DNA of 32,000 nt from Thermosulfurimonas dismutans (GCF_001652585.1 NZ_LWLG01000008.1:48620-80619), one strand, 5' to 3'; positions 1 through 6,579 are shown, numbered from the stretch's first letter. Program-made: numbers and translations. Notes: generated from the letters alone by a model not told the origin.

Positions 1-1201
1 CCAGGTCTTCCCTGTATTCCGGAAAATCCTGAGCAAGCTGGGAGAGGATTCTCCCCTCGAAATTCCAGTAAACAAATATGGGACCTTGGGTGCCCTTGAA
101 GAGCGTTATAAGACTTTCGACGAACTCTCTTCGCGGATCGTTTCCGCTAAGGTCTACGTATTCCCGGTGTTCCAATACTCCGGGGGCCGTTTCTATGTGA
201 CAGGAATATTGAAAGGGAATATGTTGGTAGGGACGGGTTCTTTCCCATACCGGAACCACAAAACTTACCGTTTCAAAATCGAGATAAAAGCGGGGATAAG
301 TGTAACTCCGGAGTTTTTCCCGCAGTGTGGGATCAAAATACTCTTTGTTTCTCACCGTACATTCCCAAACCAGCTTCTGTTTTTCGGAAAGAAGACAGGC
401 CTCCGCTTCGGTGATGTGGCGGATGTCGTAAACGCCTTTCTTAAGGAATGACTCGTAATGTTGGTTGTTGGTAATCCGGGGGAGATTCCATATCGGAAAC
501 TCTATTCCGTGGAGGTTTTTACAGTAACTCTGAAAGGGACATTTTACCGGACTATTACAGTGCGATCCGGGAAATTGGTTTATTTCCTCAGGCGAGGCAA
601 TGATTCGGTAAGCGTCATCTATCCATTGAGGGATCTTCTGGATTTTGGGCCGACATTTTTCGGTAACATCTTCCGTTATTAAAAGGTCACCGTAGTTTCC
701 GTCCCCCCGATATTCGAAGTTTTCGTTTATGTAGGCTACCTTGACTTTGGTTACCGGTATACCGGAATTTTGTAAAGTAAACCACTGTATAGCACAATCA
801 TCGAGGTAATAATCTTTTATTTTCTTGGCAGATTTTACTTCTATCAGTTCGTATTTGTTTCTTAGTCTTTTCAAAATGTCCACTCGAACGAGGAGTCCTT
901 GGTGAGCAAAAGCGGGTTCAAAAAATGCCGAATGTATGTTCTCATTTATCAATTGTTTGGTTTTTTCCAGAGTATGAGATAGATTTTGAGAATACTCAAT
1001 CAGAATACCTCCTGGATATCGTGTTCTAGCTATTTCGTTTAATTTGTTTCCCCAGAAGATACATAACTTCAGTTCGTCTTTATTTTCTTCCTTAAGTTCC
1101 GGCTTGTGGACTTCAAGCCATAACCTTTTCGGACATTGAAGATAAGACATGATCCGGCTTTTCGATAAACCGATGTTTTGACTTTTAAGATTGTGTCGCA
1201 T
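1..1201 (-). CDS. DUF2779-type nuclease: N-terminal Cas4/RecB-like PD-(D/E)XK domain with 4 Cys, plus a C-terminal DFET/PFQ domain. Partial; the 3' end runs off the window.
   Basis: Absent from the ORF track because no stop lies in the window. ATG at 1201-1199 is preceded by GGAGGG with a 6-nt spacer. I checked all 400 codons from 1201 down to 2 and found no stop. Translation begins MRHNLKSQNIGLSKSRIMSYLQCPKRLWLEVHKPE. Motifs: RVDIL and YELIEVKS (D...ExK), CAIQW, HCNSPVKCPFQSYC (with C23 this makes a 4-Cys set), then YPRFYLDFETVSF...YQHIPFQYSCH. The family name is from memory of the DUF2779 N-terminal and DFET/PFQ signatures. Confidence 0.75.
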   Translation of the reverse strand, partial: MRHNLKSQNIGLSKSRIMSYLQCPKRLWLEVHKPELKEENKDELKLCIFWGNKLNEIARTRYPGGILIEYSQNLSHTLEKTKQLINENIHSAFFEPAFAHQGLLVRVDILKRLRNKYELIEVKSAKKIKDYYLDDCAIQWFTLQNSGIPVTKVKVAYINENFEYRGDGNYGDLLITEDVTEKCRPKIQKIPQWIDDAYRIIASPEEINQFPGSHCNSPVKCPFQSYCKNLHGIEFPIWNLPRITNNQHYESFLKKGVYDIRHITEAEACLLSEKQKLVWECTVRNKEYFDPTLREKLRSYTYPRFYLDFETVSFVVPVWERTRPYQHIPFQYSCHIETAPGVLEHREYVDLSGNDPRREFVESLITLFKGTQGPIFVYWNFEGRILSQLAQDFPEYREDL

Positions 1202-1247
1202 TTTTGGCCCTCCTTATTCTTCATTGCCTCCTGAACTCCCCGAGGAG

Positions 1248-1279
1248 TGGCCTAGCCGGCCCCTCCCCGGGGCTAGCCA
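1248..1279 (-). other. GC-rich imperfect hairpin in the ATPase-nuclease intergenic region
   Basis: TGGC(C)TAGCC ... GGCTAGCCA: about 9 bp with one bulge around a C/G-rich loop. It lies between the ATPase stop (1300) and the nuclease RBS, with no U-tract after it on the minus strand. Confidence 0.35.
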
Positions 1280-1299
1280 TTAGCGGTTATTCCTCCTTT

Positions 1300-2382
1300 C
1301 TATTTAGAGAGGCAAAAGCCAATTCTAGAAATGACCGTAAGTCCTTTGATCTTCTTACTGCCAGTTCTTAGAAACGGAAATCGCTCTTCAAGAAGCTCCA
1401 CCTCCACCCGGTTTACCAGATACCGAAAAGTCACTTCGAGACTTTTATGCGCCGCCAAAACCTTTCGGGCCACCTTGCGGACAGTCTCAGCAGAATACCT
1501 CTTCAAGACATTCGAAAGGTTCCTGTAAGAAAGGTTCAGGAGAACCTTCACCTTCTCCTCCGGGCTGTAAGGCGGAAACTCGATGAACTCCACCCGATCG
1601 CAAAGCTCCGGTAGCCCTTCGAACTCCCCGGTCCTATTCCCCGCAAGCATCACAAAAACCTTGTACCTCATATCATGCCTGCGACTAGGAAACATCCCGG
1701 AAACAAAGTTGTCCTCCAGAGGTTGGGCTGGATCAAGCAGTTTCACCAGGATGGGCACGATCTCTACCCCGGCCTTGTCCACTTCATCCAGAAAGACGAT
1801 CACCACCCGGTGTTTCTTCTGCGCCACAAGCTTCAAGATCTCCGAAGGATGGGCGTTGGAATAGTGAGCTTCGGTCCCGAAAAGTTTCATGTCCATCTGT
1901 TCCTTCCCTTCATCCCCCGAGGTGCAGACCACTCTCATCACGCAGGCCGAAATTCCAATTCTCTCAAGCGCATACCGAAGCGCCACGACCGCCTGGCTCT
2001 TGCCTGTTCCCGGAGGTCCCACCAGGAAAGGAGCCCGCGTGCACCGAGACCCCATCAAAAACTTTAAAAGAAACTGCACCAGAATCCTCTTAACCACCTC
2101 TTCCCTTAAAGGAAGCTCCCTTTTCATGTGCTCGAAAAGCTCAAGGACCTTTTCATCGGAAAGATTTTCTAAGACCGGACGCTGAAGTTGGGGATAGAAA
2201 AGCCGAAATTCGTCAAGACCAGCTACCAAAGCCCTTGCCCTCACCACCACGTCGTCATCTCCTTTGAAAGAGCCCTTTTCAAGCTCCTCCAAAAGCTCCT
2301 CTTTGAGACCGTAAAGATGCTTGGCGAGAAGCTCTTCCTTTAGCCTCAAAAGTTTTTGCTTCGGGCAATGACACTCTTTCAT
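1300..2382 (-). CDS. Lon-like AAA+ ATPase without a protease domain (alternative upstream start at 2553 would add a hydrophobic N-terminus)
   Basis: Walker A is FLVGPPGTGKSQ and Walker B is VVIVFLDEVDKA. Lon-module-like motifs follow: LVKLLDPAQPLEDNF, VFVMLAGN, CDRVEFIEFPPYSPEEK. The ORF stops right after the AAA+ lid, so there is no Ser-Lys protease domain. ATG at 2382 (MKECHCPKQ) has a strong RBS, AAGGAGGAG, with a 5-nt spacer. The track ORF extends in frame to 2553. Confidence 0.8.
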   Translation of the reverse strand: MKECHCPKQKLLRLKEELLAKHLYGLKEELLEELEKGSFKGDDDVVVRARALVAGLDEFRLFYPQLQRPVLENLSDEKVLELFEHMKRELPLREEVVKRILVQFLLKFLMGSRCTRAPFLVGPPGTGKSQAVVALRYALERIGISACVMRVVCTSGDEGKEQMDMKLFGTEAHYSNAHPSEILKLVAQKKHRVVIVFLDEVDKAGVEIVPILVKLLDPAQPLEDNFVSGMFPSRRHDMRYKVFVMLAGNRTGEFEGLPELCDRVEFIEFPPYSPEEKVKVLLNLSYRNLSNVLKRYSAETVRKVARKVLAAHKSLEVTFRYLVNRVEVELLEERFPFLRTGSKKIKGLTVISRIGFCLSK

Positions 2383-2416
2383 GGCGCTCCTCCTTTTAGG
2401 GTTTTCACCCCTGTCT

Positions 2417-2450
2417 AAAAAGAAGAAAAAAGCCCCCTCCGAAGGAGCGG
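2417..2450 (-). terminator. Terminator/attenuator-like element just upstream of the ATPase RBS
   Basis: The minus strand reads CCGCTCC-TTC-GGAGGGG (4 bp + mismatch + 2-3 bp), followed by CTTTTTTCTTCTTTTT. The stem is weak for a thermophile. The element lies inside the optional N-terminal extension of the ATPase ORF. Confidence 0.3.
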
Positions 2451-3091
2451 ATGCCGCAGGCCCTAATATCCGGAAACTCCGCACAAGGAGGAGCACCACG
2501 AAAACCAACGCAACCAAGATCGCCATGAGATCCAGATCCAGACCAAGATCCATTCCCTTTCGTCCTCCCCTTCGGTGTCCTCACCTAAAGAAAGATCCGA
2601 GGAAAAGATCTTTCCGGAAGGACTCAGGAAGCTTTCAGAAGGGCCTCAAGGGGGTCTCGGGGAAGAATATATAGATCCAATAATGATTAGTTCTTCCTGG
2701 CAGAGTCGATCCTTCCCACCAAAGAGTAGATCTTTTGCCATCTCGAATCTAAGTTCTCCCTCTACTAGGGTGGCCAGCAGGTTTCCGGCAGGTCTGAATC
2801 TCAAAATGCCCAACGGTTGTCGAAAAACACCGCCTTCTCAAATTGAAAAACGATTTTCTAAAAACTCAGTATGGCAGAAATTCGTGGAACGGTCGTCATT
2901 TTCGAATCACTTTTTGATCTTGCGAGACTCTTCCTGGAGAAAAGATCTGGGGGAGTCCGCAGAAGAAAAGGGCTCGATCCAGAGAGGCCTCTGGCAGGCG
3001 ATTTTTTTCGCAATATCCCTCTTTCGGCTGGCCTTTAAGAAGAAAAAGCCTACATTACTGCAACTTAAAGGCACCTGAGTCGGATCATTCT

Positions 3092-4189
3092 TCAGGTAAA
3101 GTCTTGATCCTCCACGAAAGGACCGTCCCTCACTCGAAGCCAATTTTTGAAAACGGGTTCGATTACGGCTACCAACCCTTCGGCAGGGTGGCGTCCTTCG
3201 GAAACATCCGGCCACCGCCAAGCGGCGACCTCCGTCTCCATCCAACCTATCCCCTCCTCAGAAGAGGAAGAGTTTTGAAAACCATCTTTCGAAAAATCGC
3301 CCTCCGAGATCGAAAGCGAAAAGCAATTCCGAGTAAGATCCTCAAGAGGTAACCCGGGCCTCAGCTCGGCGGGAACCTCCAGGTTTCCCCAGAAGATGAA
3401 CTCCCGATACTTCCCTCGCCCTTCCTTTTTAGCAGCCAAACAGCTTACCCTCTCCACCAGGGCCAGGTTTTCCCCGAAAACCTCCCGGTACATCTCAACG
3501 AGCCCCTCGTTAAAGACATTCGTCCCTAGGATCACGGCTCCCCGCTCAAGAGCCCGCGATAGAGCCTTGAGGAGCCTCTCCTGATCCTCCCAGCCGAAGG
3601 CCTTGAGCACATAGTCCTTGAACCCTCTTTTTTCGGGAAGCGCATACGGAGGATCTATGAAGAGAAAGTCACCCTTCCCCGCCAGATCCACCAGAGCCTC
3701 AAAATCGCTCACGCGGAGATCCGCAGCTTGAAGGGCCCAGGAAACCTCCTCCCAAAATTCCGGAGGCAAAAGAGGTTTGATCTCCTTACCCATGGGGGCG
3801 TTGAACTCACCTCGCAGGTTGTACCGACAAAGCCCATTGAAACAGGCACTGTTCAAGTAAAGAAACCATGCCGCCCGCTCGAAGATTGCTTCGGGCCTCT
3901 CCTTTCGAACTCGGGTGTAATACTCCTTTGAGTGTTTTTCGTAGTGGACCTTGAGAAGCTCGTAGACACGGCACCAGTCCTCCCGCAGTGCCTCATAGGT
4001 AAGGATCAGATCTTCGTTTATGTCTCCCAGGATCGCTTTCTCGGGAAGAAGATAGAAGAAAACCGCTGCGGAGCCCACAAAGGGCTCGATGTAGCGGTTG
4101 AACTCCCTGGGAAACATATCCCCATACCTTGCGGTAAGCCACCTCTTGCCTCCCACCCACCGCAGAAAAGGCTTCAAGCCCCTTCTCAT
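3092..4189 (-). CDS. dam: Dam-family (D12 class) DNA N6-adenine methyltransferase with a ~90-aa C-terminal extension
   Basis: N-terminus is KPFLRWVGGKRWL. The AdoMet motif is EPFVGSAAVFF and the catalytic motif is FLFIDPPYAL. The methyltransferase similarity ends near REFIFWGN (about residue 270), but the ORF continues to residue 365. RBS is GAGGAGAG. Confidence 0.9.
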   Translation of the reverse strand: MRRGLKPFLRWVGGKRWLTARYGDMFPREFNRYIEPFVGSAAVFFYLLPEKAILGDINEDLILTYEALREDWCRVYELLKVHYEKHSKEYYTRVRKERPEAIFERAAWFLYLNSACFNGLCRYNLRGEFNAPMGKEIKPLLPPEFWEEVSWALQAADLRVSDFEALVDLAGKGDFLFIDPPYALPEKRGFKDYVLKAFGWEDQERLLKALSRALERGAVILGTNVFNEGLVEMYREVFGENLALVERVSCLAAKKEGRGKYREFIFWGNLEVPAELRPGLPLEDLTRNCFSLSISEGDFSKDGFQNSSSSEEGIGWMETEVAAWRWPDVSEGRHPAEGLVAVIEPVFKNWLRVRDGPFVEDQDFT

Positions 4190-4303
4190 AATTCGGGTCT
4201 CTCCTCGCAGGGTGCTTTTAGTCCTTTTAAAAAAAAGAAGCCCCGAGGAAAAATCGTGCGGTGGAAGTATGTGAAGATGTTGGGCAGGCTTGGGCGAGAG
4301 ACT

Positions 4304-4696
4304 TCAGATTTTCAAATACTCTCTTAAGCTCAAAATCCTGATCCCCTCAAACTGGACAAGATCCAAGATCTCCCGGTCTCCGGTAACGATGACCTCGGCT
4401 CCAGCCTCTACTGCACACTCCAGAATCCGATTGTCCGCTTCATCCGAAAGGATAGTTAGCTTCCTCTTAGGACTTACAAATTGAGCTATTTCAGATAGCC
4501 ATACCGCTAGGCGGGCAAGTTCTTCCCGGTCTTTGCTGAACTTAGTCGCTAAGACTCTCAATAGCTCGTCAAGGATCGCTTTGGAAATGAAAAGCTCGTC
4601 TTTCCCTTCAAGGACTCGATAGATGGCCTTTTCCGCAAGACCTCCGGGAAAAACCAGAGCGGAAATATAAATGTTGGTATCGAAGACAACCCGCAT
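4304..4696 (-). CDS. PIN-domain toxin (PIN_3-type TA toxin component)
   Basis: MRVVFDTNIYISAL ... ADNRILECAVEAGAEVIVTGDREILDL. The preferred ATG at 4696 overlaps the antitoxin stop as TAATG. The track start at 4714 is 6 codons upstream. Confidence 0.85.
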   Translation of the reverse strand: MRVVFDTNIYISALVFPGGLAEKAIYRVLEGKDELFISKAILDELLRVLATKFSKDREELARLAVWLSEIAQFVSPKRKLTILSDEADNRILECAVEAGAEVIVTGDREILDLVQFEGIRILSLREYLKI

Positions 4697-4932
4697 TAAT
4701 CCTTGAGATAGCACTCAAGATCCTCTTCGGTGAGGATGCCCTTCTCGCGGGCCTTGCGAGACCAGTAGTCCTGGATGGACTTAAATTCCTCGGAAAGCCT
4801 TTGCCTTTTGAGAAGCCTCAAGGCCTCCTGAACCACGCCACTAAGAGTCTTTCCTTCCTCCCGGGCTATCTCCTCCGCCACCCGGGCAAGCTCGGGCGGA
4901 AGGGAAATGGTCTTTTTAACCACCCGGGGCAT
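4696..4932 (-). CDS. Ribbon-helix-helix (CopG-like) antitoxin
   Basis: 78 aa. KKTISLPPELARVAEEIAREEGKTLSGVVQEALRLL is a typical RHH beta-strand plus two helices. RBS is GGAGGG. It sits directly upstream of the PIN gene and is translationally coupled to it. Confidence 0.8.
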   Translation of the reverse strand: MPRVVKKTISLPPELARVAEEIAREEGKTLSGVVQEALRLLKRQRLSEEFKSIQDYWSRKAREKGILTEEDLECYLKD

Positions 4933-4952
4933 CTCATTCCCTCCTCAAGAAT

Positions 4953-4973
4953 TGGTATGAATAAATCATACCA
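4953..4973. promoter_or_regulatory. Perfect inverted repeat TGGTATGA-N5-TCATACCA; candidate TA operator in the divergent TA/integrase promoter region
   Basis: 8-bp arms read directly from the sequence. The repeat lies about 20 nt upstream of the antitoxin start. On the minus strand it contains a TATGAT -10-like hexamer. Confidence 0.5.
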
Positions 4974-5043
4974 CAAATTACTTCTGTCTCCTAGAAGGCT
5001 TCCATTCGTTTTCTTCCTGATGGCGAAGGCACAAAAATGAAAC

Positions 5044-6315
5044 GTGAGGATTGACAGAGAGCTTCTGATGGTGCTACTGGATCTCGAGAAGCTCGTGGCG
5101 CCTCCCGAGAGGGAGCGCAAGGGGCCTCGGGTGCGGATCAAGACCAAAGAGAAGTGCCCAAAATGCGGAAAAGCCTTCGCCGAGACCCCCGTAGGTTATC
5201 TGTGCCTCAAATGTAAGACCGTCCCACGCAGATTTTACATCTACCTGAGTTGGAAGGGCCGCAAAATCAAGATCTACTCATTCAAAGACGGACAGCCGCT
5301 CTCCTCTTGGGAGCTTGCCAAGCGTGCGCGGGAGCTGATCCAGCATGAAATCGAGTCGGGTGTTTTCGACCCTTCTAAATGGGTAAAGGGCGAACTCAAG
5401 CAATACTTACTCCCTACCCTCATCAAGGACTACTTGGAGACGAAAAAAGATCTCAAGCCTTCCACTTACCGTGATAAACGAAACACCCTCCGCCTCATTG
5501 AGAAAGCCCTCGGCCCCATGGATGTTCGCGAAATCCAGGGCGTCCACCTCCACCGCCTTGCAATGGACTGGCAGAAAGAAGGTCTCTCCCCAAAAACCAT
5601 CCGCAACCGCCTGGTGGACTTCCGGGCTTTTCTGAACTGGCTGAAGCGCCGGGGTATCCTTCAGGAGGTTCCTCCCCTCCCGGAGATTCGGGTTCCCGAG
5701 CCGGAGATCAGGTGGCTCGATCCGGAGACACAGGAGCGTATCCTCGCCGAGATACCGGAGGTCCATCGGCCCATCTTCGAGTTCATGTTCCTCACCGGGT
5801 GCCGCCCTGGTGAGGCCCGAGCGTTAATGTGGGATGCGGTCCACCTCAAAGAGGGCTTCGTCCTCATCAAGCGGACATTCAGCGCCGACCGGCTGGTGGA
5901 GGCTCCCAAGGAGGGGAAAGCCAAGGCCATTCCCATTGTGGGGAGGCTCAGGGATCTTTTCGAGGATCTTGCGCGGAACAAGGTCTCAATGTTCGTCTTC
6001 GCCCGGAAGGTGCCCGGCTACAAAGACCCAAGACCTTACTCCGCGAAGTTCCTCTCCCTTACCTTCAAAGAGGCCTGTCGCAAGGCGGGTGTGGAGGGGA
6101 TAAATCTCTACCAGGCCGTCCGCCACTCTTTCGCCATGCAACTCCTACAGCTCGGCTTCACCTACGAACAGGTCGGCGCGGCCCTGGGGCACCGTAGCCC
6201 ATCCACCACCCGGAAATATGGCCGCTTGAACGCCATGATGGTGGCTCCGGTCTTTGAGGCCAAGCAGAAGGTGGTCTCCCTAGAGGAGAGCCGCCGCCGG
6301 AAAAACCGGGAATAA
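5044..6315 (+). CDS. int: Tyrosine recombinase / phage-type integrase with an N-terminal CxxC...CxxC zinc ribbon
   Basis: The C-terminal catalytic region contains TGCRPGEARAL (Arg), AVRHSFA, LGHRS and STTRKYGRL (Tyr). The N-terminus has KCPKCGKAFAETPVGYLCLKCK. The start is uncertain: GTG 5044, ATG 5068, or GTG 5131. The last has AAGGGG upstream and would give MRIKTKEKCPKCG. Confidence 0.9.
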   Translation: MRIDRELLMVLLDLEKLVAPPERERKGPRVRIKTKEKCPKCGKAFAETPVGYLCLKCKTVPRRFYIYLSWKGRKIKIYSFKDGQPLSSWELAKRARELIQHEIESGVFDPSKWVKGELKQYLLPTLIKDYLETKKDLKPSTYRDKRNTLRLIEKALGPMDVREIQGVHLHRLAMDWQKEGLSPKTIRNRLVDFRAFLNWLKRRGILQEVPPLPEIRVPEPEIRWLDPETQERILAEIPEVHRPIFEFMFLTGCRPGEARALMWDAVHLKEGFVLIKRTFSADRLVEAPKEGKAKAIPIVGRLRDLFEDLARNKVSMFVFARKVPGYKDPRPYSAKFLSLTFKEACRKAGVEGINLYQAVRHSFAMQLLQLGFTYEQVGAALGHRSPSTTRKYGRLNAMMVAPVFEAKQKVVSLEESRRRKNRE

Positions 6316-6409
6316 TCACCCAAAATCAGAGCCGAACCTCTCGGGACCCCTCTTATTGAGAATGGATTGCAGCGAGTTTTCGTCGGTTTCTCGCGGACTT
6401 ATAGAGCAA

Positions 6410-6429
6410 GTGCCCCAATGGTGCCCCAA
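6410..6429. repeat. Tandem direct repeat GTGCCCCAA-TG-GTGCCCCAA (11-bp phasing) between integrase and tRNA
   Basis: Read directly from the sequence. The location fits arm-type recombinase or accessory-factor binding sites of an att region. Confidence 0.4.
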
Positions 6430-6494
6430 GCACCTTATCGCAATTTGTTCTCAAGAGCGGGTGTTTTGTAAGTAGGGAACTTTCCGGGAATTTT

Positions 6495-6570
6495 TGGCTC
6501 CCCGGGCAGGACTCGAACCTGCAACCTACGGGTTAACAGCCCGCCGCTCTGCCGATTGAGCTACCGGGGA
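6495..6570 (-). tRNA. tRNA-Asn (anticodon GTT), CCA encoded
   Basis: Minus strand reads TCCCCGG-TA-GCTC-AATCGGC-AGAGC-G-GCGGG-CTGTTAA-CCCGT-AGGTT-GCAGG-TTCGAGT-CCTGC-CCGGGGA-G-CCA. This gives a full cloverleaf of 76 nt. Confidence 0.95.
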
Positions 6571-6579
6571 ACCAATCAG

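Larger units (their letters stand above)
1..6494. mobile_element. Right-hand part of an integrative genomic island at tRNA-Asn (left boundary outside the window)
   Basis: The tRNA-Asn 3' end (6495) is followed about 180 nt later by a tyrosine integrase gene. Everything further left is accessory: TA pair, Dam MTase, AAA+ ATPase, nuclease. There are AT-rich patches: I counted 19/60 GC in 781-840 and 20/60 in 961-1020, versus 28-31/60 in sampled lines at 121-180 and 7021-7080. Core genes resume with serS right of the tRNA. I saw no second copy of the tRNA 3' segment in the window. Confidence 0.6.

Noticed and set aside
86-682. Plus-strand ORFs 86-451 (121 aa) and 458-682 (74 aa)
   Set aside because: They lie antisense to a 400-codon uninterrupted minus-strand gene with a strong RBS and clear nuclease motifs. 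They have TTG/ATG starts without an SD and no recognisable motifs.
1221-1280. 19-codon ORF (MASPGEGPARPLLGEFRRQ) with AAGGAGGA upstream, in the ATPase-nuclease gap
   Set aside because: It coincides with the GC-rich hairpin. The SD spacing is 10 nt, and the peptide looks like translated stem sequence.
2646-2813. Small minus-strand ORF (55 codons from TTG 2813, 31 from ATG 2741: MAKDLLFGGKDRLCQEELIIIGSIYSSPRPP)
   Set aside because: The RBS is weak, there is no recognisable motif, and it is too short to call. It may be a pseudogene fragment; see the spacer finding.
2575-3078. 167-codon plus-strand ORF filling the MTase-ATPase spacer
   Set aside because: GTG start with a pyrimidine-rich upstream sequence (no SD). 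The product is Ser/Arg/Pro-rich and low-complexity, unlike the Glu/Lys/Leu-rich proteome here, and it is oriented against all neighbouring genes. I kept it only as a hint that the region may be a decayed minus-strand gene.
2521-3120. Apparent GATC (Dam site) enrichment: 13 sites in 600 nt
   Set aside because: A control count in serS (7021-7620) gave 7 sites in 600 nt. GATC is therefore over-represented across the window, probably through codon usage (GAG-ATC, AAG-ATC, AGA-TCT). The roughly two-fold local excess is not convincing without statistics.
2907-3245. 112-aa minus-strand ORF overlapping the 3' end of the methyltransferase
   Set aside because: It is an alternative frame of the MTase C-terminus and spacer. 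It is Arg-rich, with no RBS and no motif.
4190-4303. T8 tract preceded by GGGGCTTC after the PIN gene, as an intrinsic terminator
   Set aside because: I could not find a stable stem upstream of the T-run, so I made no terminator call.
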